Positions 10,029 to 19,011 of a stretch of DNA of 52,341 nt are shown here, in pieces. The first letter of the stretch is position 1, and each line of letters starts with the position of its first letter. The position numbers and the translations under genes were made by a program. The notes beneath the pieces are model-generated. The model ran no database searches. It had not been told where the DNA came from and saw only the letters and a list, made by a program, of their open reading frames with translations. This stretch comes from an uncultured Christensenella sp. (GTDB lineage Bacteria > Bacillota > Clostridia > Christensenellales > UBA3700), in NCBI GenBank assembly GCA_910584035.1, contig CAJTZR010000002.1:1-52341 (forward strand), written 5' to 3'.

Positions 10029-10907
10029 ATGAAAAAAACAGGTCAAGGCTTAAGTATTGATGCACTATTTAGTGATTACGCATCAGACATTACAACTTAT
10101 GATTCAAATGGCGTTCTTAACAAAGGTGTTGAGGAGCTTGATATTGATTTGATAATTCCTAACCCAGACCAACCACGTAAGAACTTTGACGAGGACAAAT
10201 TAAACGAACTTGCTGACAGTATTAAAAATTATGGTTTAATTCAACCAATAACTGTTGTTAAAAAGGGTTCAAAATATATCATTATTGCTGGTGAGCGTAG
10301 ATATAGAGCGAGCATTATTGCTGGGCTTTCTAAAATACCTGTTTTGGTTAAGGAATATAACGATAAAGAGTGTAAGGAAATTGCTTTGATTGAAAACATT
10401 CAACGCTCTGACTTAAACCCTATTGAAGAGGCTATTGCTTATAGCAATCTTATTAATGAATATAATTTATCTCAAGAAGAATTATCTAAAACATTATGTA
10501 AGAGTAGGTCAGCAATCGCAAACAGCCTTAGAATATTAACTTTACCACCAGAAGTTAAGCAACTTGTTATTGATGGTAAACTTTCTGCTGGACACGCAAA
10601 AGCTCTAGTTAGCTTAAATGACGTTGATGTTCAAATAAAATACGCAAAAGCTGCTGCTAATAAACAATTAAGTGTTAGAACTTTAGAGCTTATGGTTAAA
10701 TCATATAATAACAATGAGCCAATGCCTAAAAAACAAATAAAGCTTTCTTCTGAACTAAAAGAATTCTGTAATGATATGCAAAGAATTTTTGCAACAAAAG
10801 TAAAAATTATAGGTAATGAGGATAAAGGTAGAATTTATTTAGATTACTACACTAAAGACGATTTACAAAGAATCTATGAATTAATTGACTCTTTAAAAAA
10901 CCAATAA
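10029..10907 (+). CDS. parB: ParB/Spo0J/Noc-family partition or nucleoid-occlusion protein
   Basis: 292 aa with IIPNPDQPRKNFDEDKLNELADSIKNYGLIQPITV and GERRYRAS (ParB boxes) plus an HTH region. AGAGG SD 7 nt upstream. It occupies the noc position after rsmG, so Noc versus Spo0J cannot be decided. Confidence 0.85.
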   Translation: MKKTGQGLSIDALFSDYASDITTYDSNGVLNKGVEELDIDLIIPNPDQPRKNFDEDKLNELADSIKNYGLIQPITVVKKGSKYIIIAGERRYRASIIAGLSKIPVLVKEYNDKECKEIALIENIQRSDLNPIEEAIAYSNLINEYNLSQEELSKTLCKSRSAIANSLRILTLPPEVKQLVIDGKLSAGHAKALVSLNDVDVQIKYAKAAANKQLSVRTLELMVKSYNNNEPMPKKQIKLSSELKEFCNDMQRIFATKVKIIGNEDKGRIYLDYYTKDDLQRIYELIDSLKNQ

Positions 10908-10984
10908 AAATATTAGATTTTTAAATAAAATATATAGTAAATGTAAAAAAATAGCTAAATTTAACTAAAAATTTTAATAATTTA

Positions 10985-11013
10985 TTTACAAATTCATATA
11001 TTAATGATATACT
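10985..11013 (+). promoter_or_regulatory. Putative sigma-A promoter of the 76-aa membrane protein gene
   Basis: TTTACA (10985-10990), a 17-nt spacer, then TGaTATACT (-10 at 11008-11013). Confidence 0.45.
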
Positions 11014-11078
11014 ATATTATAGTTAAATGTTAAATTTTAACAAAAAATATAAATTTACTTTTGTAGGGAGGTTTTTTT

Positions 11079-11309
11079 ATGGCAAGTATTAATAGTTCAT
11101 TCCAAAAATTACCAAGACTTGTACAAGTATTACTTCTTATTATCCCTGGTATTGGTTGGATTACAGAAATCGTAGTACGTCTATCTGCATTCATCCACGG
11201 TAAAGGAACTAATCAAATTATTGCTTTGATTTTGGCAATTATTATTCCATTCTTTGGTTGGGTTGACGTTGTATGGGTACTTTTGTACAAGAAACTTATA
11301 TTGACCTGA
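11079..11309 (+). CDS. Small 2-TM membrane protein (uncharacterised)
   Basis: 76 aa with a strong GGGAGG SD, two hydrophobic helices, a TGA stop, and a strong terminator immediately downstream. Confidence 0.6.
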   Translation: MASINSSFQKLPRLVQVLLLIIPGIGWITEIVVRLSAFIHGKGTNQIIALILAIIIPFFGWVDVVWVLLYKKLILT

Positions 11310-11333
11310 TAAATAATATTATCAACAAAAAAA

Positions 11334-11362
11334 AACATCTACTTTTGTAGATGTTTTTTTTA
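11334..11362 (+). terminator. Intrinsic terminator
   Basis: AACATCTAC-TTTT-GTAGATGTT followed by a T7 run. Confidence 0.8.
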
Positions 11363-12043
11363 TTTATATAATATTTTCTTATTCTTCTTAATTTAAAGGT
11401 TACATATTATTATCAATTAATTTATAATAATATCATTTTTTATTAATTTTTAATTAATGTATTTTTAAAAACTTAATATTTCTTTTTATTTTTATATAAA
11501 AATATTAACTTATCCAAATTTTATAATTTATATTATTAAAAACTATACATATACTTACTAATAAAGTTATTTTATTTTAACCCAAATAAGCGTGGCTAAG
11601 CCACATTTTGCAGTAACTTATATTAAATAAAAATTGAAGTGCTTGTTTAACCAAGCTTTATTACTTTAGCAATACAAAATTTAAGCGGGCTTAAAATTTA
11701 CTTCTATAAGTTTATATTAAGCAAATATTTTTACTTATTTAAAAGTAAATTTTTTAAAATATTCTCCGAAAATCGGTGTTATTTTTATATTTTCTTTATT
11801 TTTTTAATATATTTTTTTTAGTTACTTTTTTTTATTATATCTATTTTATAATTTTATTTAAATTAAAATTTACTAATAACATTTAAATTATTATATTTTA
11901 TTTTTTATAATATTTTATCTTTATCATTATAATAATATAATCATTTTTTTAATTTAAAAATTACTAATCTTGTTATTAAGCACTTATAAATTTTAAATTT
12001 ATAATCATTACTTAAAAAAATATTATTAAAATTAACTTATAAA

Positions 12044-12089
12044 AATAAAAAAATATACAACTTATAATTAATAATTACAAATTGTATAT
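12044..12089 (-). terminator. Probable terminator of the dnaA-dnaN-methyltransferase operon
   Basis: ATATACAA (12053-12060) pairs with TTGTATAT (12082-12089). On the minus strand the hairpin is followed by TTTTTTT. It lies 50 nt after the methyltransferase stop. Confidence 0.5.
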
Positions 12090-12138
12090 TCTTAATTTTA
12101 ATTAAATTTTATATTTTTATAAATAATTTATTTATAAC

Positions 12139-13143
12139 TTATTTTTTTATACAAATAAAATCTCTATTAATTGCTTGGTCAACTCTATGCTCAAAGTTAT
12201 TTAAATTATCATTTTCTATAACTTTATATCCTTTATTTTTTACCAACTCAATAAACTCTGTCTTTTTTAGTAAAAATGTATTCCAAGACAAAATCATTAT
12301 TCCTTCTTTATTTAAACAATTACACCAAACATCAAGGCTTTTTTCTAATAATTCTTTAGGGCTTCTTGTAAAAGAACTCTGTTTTTCATTTGTAATATTA
12401 CTATATTTTACTCCGTAAGGTAAGTCACCTACAATAATATCAAAAAATTCCTTTTTATAAATTTTATCAGTATAAATTGTATTTGCAGATACAACCTCAA
12501 AATGTTTAAATTGCTTACTTTCTTTATTTTTATTTATTTCAAAAATGTATTTTTCAGCCTTAAAACTTTTATTTGCACCGCTAAATTTTTCTTTTTTACT
12601 ATTAAATTTATACTTTTCACCCTCTAAATATTTTCTTAAAAATAAAGCTATTTCGTCAACTACTTTTGGTGCAATCTCAACTCCATAACAATTGTATCCT
12701 TTTATAAGTGCTTCGTAAAGGGTAGTGCCTTTACCACAAATAGGGTCTAATAAATTTATATTTTCCTCTTTTTCAATCAAATTACTTGCAATATTTATCA
12801 TAAGTCTTGTAAAATACTCATTTGTTTTACCAGAGTATTTTAGCATACTACTTATATTACTATTTATATATTGCAAATTATTTTTAGCAATTGGCTTTAA
12901 TAAACCATTTACCATTTCAAAAATAGCTAAAACAAAAGTTAAATCACTTATTTTAGGTAAATATTTATCTATATTTTCACTTTCAAAAACTAAATACTTT
13001 ATATCACAAATATCCTCAATGCTAATATTTGTTGCAAAATTATATTTTTCATTTAAAATATTAAACTCTGCAAAAATAATTTTTTCAGTATTTATATTGT
13101 AAGTTAAATTATGTTTACTATTAATTAGTAGGCAATATTTCAT
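12139..13143 (-). CDS. Class I SAM-dependent methyltransferase (UPF0020/Trm11-like, probably RNA m2G type)
   Basis: 334 aa with SAM motif I LLDPICGKGTTLYEA and motif IV IIVGDLPYG. It starts 3 nt after the dnaN stop. Confidence 0.6.
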   Translation of the reverse strand: MKYCLLINSKHNLTYNINTEKIIFAEFNILNEKYNFATNISIEDICDIKYLVFESENIDKYLPKISDLTFVLAIFEMVNGLLKPIAKNNLQYINSNISSMLKYSGKTNEYFTRLMINIASNLIEKEENINLLDPICGKGTTLYEALIKGYNCYGVEIAPKVVDEIALFLRKYLEGEKYKFNSKKEKFSGANKSFKAEKYIFEINKNKESKQFKHFEVVSANTIYTDKIYKKEFFDIIVGDLPYGVKYSNITNEKQSSFTRSPKELLEKSLDVWCNCLNKEGIMILSWNTFLLKKTEFIELVKNKGYKVIENDNLNNFEHRVDQAINRDFICIKK

Positions 13144-13146
13144 AAA

Positions 13147-14250
13147 TTAACCCATCAACCTTACAGGCAAAATCAAATATAAAAATTCATCACCAGTTAG
13201 TGGAGTAATGGTACAAGGTTGGATGCTTGATGAAAAATTAATTTTAACATATTCAGTATCAACTGCTTTTAAGCAATCAGATAAGAATTTTGAGTTCAAA
13301 GCAAGCCTCATATCTTTACCTTGCATACTTACAGGTACTTTTTCATTAATATTACCAATATCCGCATTTGCATCAATTTTCATAACATTATCAGCAATTT
13401 CAATTTTAATTAGGTTAGCTTGTACATTCCTAGATATAATAGAAACTCTATCCAAAGTTTGTTCAAGTTGCTCACAATTAATTTTAATTTCAGTAATGCT
13501 TTCACGAGGAATAATTCTTTCATAATTAACAAATTCGCCCTCAAGTAGTTGAGCAATAACTTTTGTATGTCCCATATCTGCCATAATTTTTTTATTATTT
13601 ACAGATATAGTCATAATTTCATCATTATCACCAGCAAGTCTAGATATTTCATTTAAAGCTCTTGCTGGAATAACTGCATTAATTTCACCACTTGGCATAC
13701 TTAATTGTTGTTTAGTAATTGCAAGTCTTAAACCATCTATTGCAACAAAAGATATGTCTTTTCCTTTAATTTTTAGTAAACAACCTTTTAAAATTGGACG
13801 TGCATCATCAATAGCCGCACAAAATGCTGTTTTATTTACCATATCTTTAAATTGTGATTGCAACATATTAATTACATTATCATAATCATTGTCAACAAAT
13901 TTAGGATATTCCTCTGCTCTAAATAGCATTATCTTAGATTCACAATCCATATATTTAATATTTAAAACTTTTTCGTCAATACACTCAAGCTCAACTTGTT
14001 GGCTTCCCATTTTTCTAACAAGCTCATTCATAAGCTTACCAGGAACAACAATAACACCCTCAAGCATTATTTTTGCATTGATTGTATTTTCAATAGTAAT
14101 TTCAGTATCTGAAGCAGTTAAAGTAAGTTTGTCGCCAAAAGCCTCAATTTTAACACCCTCTAATATTGGTGCATTTGTTTTACCACTTATAGCTTTTGTT
14201 ACTTTTGATAGAGCATCACTTAACTCTAATCCGTTACAATATAATTTCAT
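13147..14250 (-). CDS. dnaN: DNA polymerase III beta sliding clamp
   Basis: 367 aa. The N-terminus MKLYCNGLELSDALSKVTKAISGKTNAPILEGVKIEA is typical, length is typical, and there is an AAGGAG SD. Confidence 0.95.
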   Translation of the reverse strand: MKLYCNGLELSDALSKVTKAISGKTNAPILEGVKIEAFGDKLTLTASDTEITIENTINAKIMLEGVIVVPGKLMNELVRKMGSQQVELECIDEKVLNIKYMDCESKIMLFRAEEYPKFVDNDYDNVINMLQSQFKDMVNKTAFCAAIDDARPILKGCLLKIKGKDISFVAIDGLRLAITKQQLSMPSGEINAVIPARALNEISRLAGDNDEIMTISVNNKKIMADMGHTKVIAQLLEGEFVNYERIIPRESITEIKINCEQLEQTLDRVSIISRNVQANLIKIEIADNVMKIDANADIGNINEKVPVSMQGKDMRLALNSKFLSDCLKAVDTEYVKINFSSSIQPCTITPLTGDEFLYLILPVRLMG

Positions 14251-14510
14251 AATTACTCCTTATAACATTATGTTTTATATTTATTAAATTTTGTTAATTT
14301 TATATTTTAATTATCTTATTTAATGTTTATTAACAATAACTTTAATTGTTTATATTAATTAGATTTTATTGTTCTAATATTATGTATTTTTTTTAGATTT
14401 TAAGTATTTTAATAAATAAAGTATAAATTTAATTTTTTTGGCAATCATTTATTGATATATTATTTATTAGTATTAATTGATAATAATAAAAATACTAAGA
14501 CCTGTTGAAA

Positions 14511-14654
14511 TGTGGATAACTATAATTTTAAAATATAAAACCTTTAATTTAAGCGGAAAAAATGTATTTTTTTATAAAATATATAGTTATTAATTTGTGG
14601 ATAAAAGTGTGTAAATTATAAACATTACTCCACAAAAAATATAGGTTGTCCACA
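14511..14654. promoter_or_regulatory. DnaA-box cluster (oriC candidate) in the dnaA-dnaN spacer
   Basis: TGTGGATAA at 14511-14519 and 14596-14604 (perfect TTATCCACA on the other strand). TACTCCACA at 14626-14634 (7/9) and TTGTCCACA at 14646-14654 (8/9). It is flanked by about 250 bp of nearly pure A/T (14251-14500). Confidence 0.6.
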
Positions 14655-14664
14655 AAATACAAAA

Positions 14665-16059
14665 TTAAGCTTTTTTATTGATAAATTCTGTTAAATCTCT
14701 AATATATTTTGCGTACTTATTATTAGTGCTAATAAGTCCACTTATTTTATCCCTTGCGTGAATAATAGTAGAGTGGTCACGTCCGCCCATAAAGTCACCA
14801 ATAGAAACAAGAGGTATAGAAATTAAGTCAGATATTAAATAGATAGCAATTTGTCTTGCTTCTGCAATATTTTTTGTTTTTTTCTTACCAATCAAGTCTT
14901 TTTGGTCAACTTGGAAATAGTCGGATACACACTTTAGAATAGTATTCATAGTGATAGGACCGCTAATATTGTCTATATCGTCTTTTAGTGCATTATTTAC
15001 AATATCTAAATTATCTGCCTTTATATTGTTTAAAGTGCAATAGAAAATAACTTTAGATAAAGCACCCTCAAGTTCTCTAATATTAGTATTAATACATTCG
15101 GCAATGTAGTTTATAACATTATTAGATACGTCAAATTTTTTATTGTAAGCTTTTTTACGTAAAATAGCAATACGAGTTTCCAAATCTGGACTGCTAATAT
15201 CAACAGTTAAACCGCTTTGGAAGCGTGATGTTAATCTTTCATCTATATTGTCAATTTCTTTAGGGTGACAATCAGATGTAAAAACAATTTGCTTTTTTGC
15301 TTGATATAATTCGTTAAACAAATGGAATAAAGCCTCTTGAGTACTAGGTTTACCAGATATAAATTGGATATCGTCAATCATAAGTACATCAAGATTGCGG
15401 TATTTATTCCTAAATTGCCTATTCATATCTTTTGAATTGTTATTTTTAATACTATCAATGTAATCATTAGTAAAATTCTCAGATGTCATATAGATAATTT
15501 TCTTTTTAGAATTGTTTGCTTTTATAAAATTACCTATTGCGTGCATAATGTGAGTTTTACCTAAACCAACACCACCATAAATAAATAGTGGGTTATGTTG
15601 AACTCCTGGATTTTCCGCTACAGTCTTTGCAGCAACGAAAGCAGCTTTATTACTGCCACCAGTAACAAAGTTATCAAAAGAGTAGCTTTCCTCAAAAGAG
15701 GTATAATAATCTTTTGAGTTAGTATTTGGTTTTTCTTCCTCAATAATTTCTTCGGCTTCTGCAATGATTGATTTTGGTGCATCAATAAAACCATCAACAT
15801 CAGTAGGGGTAATAATGTTTATACCCTCAATGTAAGGATTGAATTGCATTATTGCCTTTTCAATAATAGGTTTATATGATTTATTAATGGAATTTTTGCA
15901 CGACTCATATGGAGCGATAAGAATAAACTTATTATCGCTAATTGATATAGGTTCTAAATTTGCGATGAAAACATCGTAAAAAATTTGAGAAACCGATTTT
16001 GATATAATTGGAAGTGCTTTATTCCAAAGTTCTTGTATTTCTGCTAAATTATTATTCAT
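14665..16059 (-). CDS. dnaA: Chromosomal replication initiator protein DnaA
   Basis: 464 aa with Walker A GGVGLGKTH, the AAA+ domain, and the C-terminal DNA-binding domain (GGRDHSTIIHA). Confidence 0.96.
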   Translation of the reverse strand: MNNNLAEIQELWNKALPIISKSVSQIFYDVFIANLEPISISDNKFILIAPYESCKNSINKSYKPIIEKAIMQFNPYIEGINIITPTDVDGFIDAPKSIIAEAEEIIEEEKPNTNSKDYYTSFEESYSFDNFVTGGSNKAAFVAAKTVAENPGVQHNPLFIYGGVGLGKTHIMHAIGNFIKANNSKKKIIYMTSENFTNDYIDSIKNNNSKDMNRQFRNKYRNLDVLMIDDIQFISGKPSTQEALFHLFNELYQAKKQIVFTSDCHPKEIDNIDERLTSRFQSGLTVDISSPDLETRIAILRKKAYNKKFDVSNNVINYIAECINTNIRELEGALSKVIFYCTLNNIKADNLDIVNNALKDDIDNISGPITMNTILKCVSDYFQVDQKDLIGKKKTKNIAEARQIAIYLISDLISIPLVSIGDFMGGRDHSTIIHARDKISGLISTNNKYAKYIRDLTEFINKKA

Positions 16060-16094
16060 AACAATATTATACTATTTTTTAAAAATATTTTCAA
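16060..16094 (-). promoter_or_regulatory. Putative dnaA promoter abutting the start codon (leaderless geometry)
   Basis: Minus strand reads TTGAAA (16094-16089), 17 nt, TATAAT (16071-16066), ATTGTT, ATG (16059). There is no SD. Confidence 0.5.
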
Positions 16095-16297
16095 GGCTTT
16101 TTATATATAAAAATATTTATTTTTAAAAAGGGTAATAATTTAATAAATATAGAGTAGTTTATATATTTATAAAATTGTATTTAAAAATTCTTTTGTTAAA
16201 ATAGTTAAATATTTATAATTTTTTTGTTTATGAATAAATTTGTAAAAATAATAAGCAAATTTAATTGCTTATTAGCATTTAATGTGTATAAAAATTA

Positions 16298-16332
16298 TTG
16301 ATAAAAAAATACAATTATGCTAAAATAAAGGA
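16298..16332 (+). promoter_or_regulatory. Putative recF promoter abutting the start codon (leaderless geometry)
   Basis: TTGATA (16298-16303), 17 nt, TGcTAAAAT (-10 at 16321-16326), AAAGGA, ATG (16333). Confidence 0.5.
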
Positions 16333-17412
16333 ATGATAATAAAAAAAGTTCAACTTACAAATTTTAGAAATTATAAAAGACAAGACGTTACATTTAGTGA
16401 TGGCTTGAATATTATCGCTGGCAACAATGCAAGTGGCAAGACAAATTTAGTTGAAAGCATTTATTATGTTGGGTTAGGTAAGTCACCACGCACATTCCAA
16501 GATAAGGAACTTATTAAATGGAATAATGAAAATGCCTATATTAAAGTTGAGGTATCAAAAAAGTATAGGAGTCATTTTATAGAAATTAATATTGACAAGC
16601 AAGGTAAAAAGAGGATAGCTATTGACAAAATACCAGTAAAAAAAATAAATGAGCTTATTGGTATGGTAAATGTAGTATACTTTAGTCCAGATGAAATGGA
16701 TATTGTAAAAGAATCACCAGTATTGAGGAGAAACTTTTTAAATATAAGTTTATCTCAACAAAAAAAATCATACTACAATACTTTGGTAAGATACAATAAA
16801 GTATTAGCTCAAAGAAATAAACTTTTAAAAGATTGTTACGATATAAAAACTATAAAAGAAACTTTGCCAATTTGGGATAGTCAGCTTGCGGAACTTGGAA
16901 GTTTAATAATAAATGAAAGATATGAGTTTTGTAAAAAAATGCAAATCGTGATTGAAAAAATTCATAAAGAACTTACTTGTGGGGAAGAGAATTTAATAAT
17001 AGAGTATGAAAGTAAAATTGCTCAAGACGATTTGAAAGTAATGAAAGAGAATTTTATAAAGCTACTTGAGAATAGTTATGATAAAGATATACATTTAAAA
17101 TACACATCGGTGGGCTGTCACAGAGACGATATAAATATCAAAATAAATGATATTGAGGTTAGAAAGTTTGGTTCTCAAGGACAAAAGCGAACAACTGCAT
17201 TATCACTTAAACTTTCCGAGGTTAAAATGTTTGAACTTGAAACTGGGGAAAAACCAATTTTGATTTTAGACGATGTTTTGAGTGAACTAGATAATAGTCG
17301 TCAATCAAAATTATTAGAGCATATAAGAGGTGTTCAAACACTGCTAACTTGTACAAGCTATAGCGGTGAGTGTGAAAAAACAATAATTGTAAAAGATGGA
17401 ATAACACAATAA
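16333..17412 (+). CDS. recF: DNA replication and repair protein RecF
   Basis: 359 aa with LTNFRNY, Walker A GNNASGKTNLVESI, signature FGSQGQKRT, and Walker B ILILDDV. Confidence 0.92.
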   Translation: MIIKKVQLTNFRNYKRQDVTFSDGLNIIAGNNASGKTNLVESIYYVGLGKSPRTFQDKELIKWNNENAYIKVEVSKKYRSHFIEINIDKQGKKRIAIDKIPVKKINELIGMVNVVYFSPDEMDIVKESPVLRRNFLNISLSQQKKSYYNTLVRYNKVLAQRNKLLKDCYDIKTIKETLPIWDSQLAELGSLIINERYEFCKKMQIVIEKIHKELTCGEENLIIEYESKIAQDDLKVMKENFIKLLENSYDKDIHLKYTSVGCHRDDINIKINDIEVRKFGSQGQKRTTALSLKLSEVKMFELETGEKPILILDDVLSELDNSRQSKLLEHIRGVQTLLTCTSYSGECEKTIIVKDGITQ

Positions 17413-17414
17413 AA

Positions 17415-17449
17415 AGTAGCGAAAATCTATTGAAAATCGCTACTTTTTG
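17415..17449. terminator. Bidirectional intrinsic terminator (recF and yyaC)
   Basis: AGTAGCGA (17415-17422) pairs with TCGCTACT (17437-17444). An A-run precedes it and a T-run follows. Confidence 0.7.
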
Positions 17450-17460
17450 TAAAAATACTA

Positions 17461-17476
17461 TCAAAAATCGGTATTA
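17461..17476 (+). repeat. Copy of the intergenic 16-mer TCAAAAATCGGTATTA
   Basis: Exact match to 9745-9760. It lies 11 nt after the recF terminator and 2 nt before the yyaC stop codon. Confidence 0.65.
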
Positions 17477-17478
17477 TT

Positions 17479-17940
17479 TTATAATTTTTGCATTTTTTTG
17501 TTAAGGTAAATGCTGTCAGAAAGACTAATTATAAGCGAGGTAATTTTGCTTACAAGATTGTCTAAAACTATTGACGGAGTATTTCTAAGTTCGTCAAAAG
17601 GTTGTTTTTCAATGTCTCCAACTTGACCTAAAATACCTATATTTCCAATGCTGTGTAGAGTTTTTCCTATAGCTTTTCCTGGGCAAATTCCACGCTTTGT
17701 AATTTTAATTGAGCCAATTTCTGTCTTATTTCCCAATGCACAATCAACCGCAATAACAAAATCATTTTTATGACAAGTTATAATATGATTATAAAAAGTC
17801 ATATAATTGATTGCGGTTATAGGATATTGACTTGTGCCGTAAACAAATGCATTTATATTGCTTTTTATCAATTCATCCCCTATTTTAGGTGCTAAACTAT
17901 CACCTTTGACTTTAGGAGTCCCTATACAACAAATTACCAT
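17479..17940 (-). CDS. yyaC: YyaC-like protein (DUF1256, sporulation-associated putative protease)
   Basis: VICCIGTPKVKGDSLAPKIGDEL...IAVDCALG...G.I.PG fits the YyaC/DUF1256 pattern. I start at ATG 17940, which has GAGGTGA 3 nt upstream. The ORF-track TTG at 17958 would include that SD. Confidence 0.68.
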   Translation of the reverse strand: MVICCIGTPKVKGDSLAPKIGDELIKSNINAFVYGTSQYPITAINYMTFYNHIITCHKNDFVIAVDCALGNKTEIGSIKITKRGICPGKAIGKTLHSIGNIGILGQVGDIEKQPFDELRNTPSIVLDNLVSKITSLIISLSDSIYLNKKMQKL

Positions 17941-18125
17941 AATCACCTCAAAAATCAATATTATTTTATGTTAATAGGTTAATTATTGCTAAAAAATGGG
18001 AATAAATTCACTAATATAAAAAATTTTTAATAAAAACTAAAAAAAATTATTGCTTTTATAAATAAAATAGTGTAAAATAGTATATGTAATAAAATATACT
18101 ATACAGAAACTAAAAAGGAGATATT

Positions 18126-18719
18126 ATGAATAGTTTAATATTTTCAGCGACAACTTTTAATAATATAATTATTGATTTAGTTCTTGCTGCTATTATTGTA
18201 TTATACTTTTTATGGGGCTTTTTAAAAGGATGTGCTAAACCAGTTACAGCTATAATTAGCTGGGGTTTGATAATTCTTATTATATATTTTGGCGGTGTAT
18301 ATCTAGGAAACCTATTCTTGGTTAATATGAAACTTGAAGCACCAATACGTAATATTTTGGCATCTTTACCAGCTGAATTAAATATTAATGTTGACCAAAT
18401 TGTAAAATATATTGGTTTGAGTATTGCATCAATTTGCGTTTTTGTTGTTATAAAGCTAATCACATTCATTATAAATATCGTTATCAAAAAATCTAGAAAG
18501 CCTTATAAAAAAGCGTTGTGGAGCAGATTTTTGGGTGCTTTCTTGAATATCATCAAAGGAGCTTTGTGGATATATATTATTCTTGCAATTCTATATCCAA
18601 TCGCAGTACAATTTGAGATTACTGAGATAGTTAATGTTATCAATAACAGCTCAGTAACTAAGTTCCTAGTAGGTGAATATAACCCTATTAATTTAATGGT
18701 AAATTTGATAGTTAAATAA
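18126..18719 (+). CDS. cvpA: CvpA-family membrane protein
   Basis: 197-aa protein with 4 TM helices. The N-terminus NIIIDLVLAAIIVLYFLWGFLKGCAK is typical of CvpA. AAGGAG SD. Confidence 0.55.
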   Translation: MNSLIFSATTFNNIIIDLVLAAIIVLYFLWGFLKGCAKPVTAIISWGLIILIIYFGGVYLGNLFLVNMKLEAPIRNILASLPAELNINVDQIVKYIGLSIASICVFVVIKLITFIINIVIKKSRKPYKKALWSRFLGAFLNIIKGALWIYIILAILYPIAVQFEITEIVNVINNSSVTKFLVGEYNPINLMVNLIVK

Positions 18720-18762
18720 TACTTTTAAATTTATAAGTTTAATGTTTTCTTTAACAACTTAA

Positions 18763-18800
18763 ATATCCCTTTCAGCAATGAAAGGGATATTGTCATTTTA
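18763..18800 (+). terminator. Intrinsic terminator after cvpA
   Basis: ATATCCCTTTC pairs with GAAAGGGATAT (11-bp stem, 6-nt loop), followed by TGTCATTTT. Confidence 0.7.
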
Positions 18801-19011
18801 AGTAAAAGCAAAAACTATTGAAAAAGATTTAAAACAAACACTATAAAAAGTCCCAAATACAAAAGAGAAAAAAATTTATTAAGTCGCAAAAAAAATAACA
18901 ACAATATAAAGACACTAAAAATATAACAAAAAAACATTAAAAGATAGTTAAGAAAATAAATTTTTAAAATTTAAAATACAAAAAAATCACTATTTACTTG
19001 TAAATTTGATA

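Noticed and set aside
18110-18487. 125-aa minus-strand ORF overlapping the cvpA-like gene
   Set aside because: It fully overlaps a + strand ORF that has a strong AAGGAG SD, a terminator and a CvpA-like TM pattern. The antisense translation has no features of its own.
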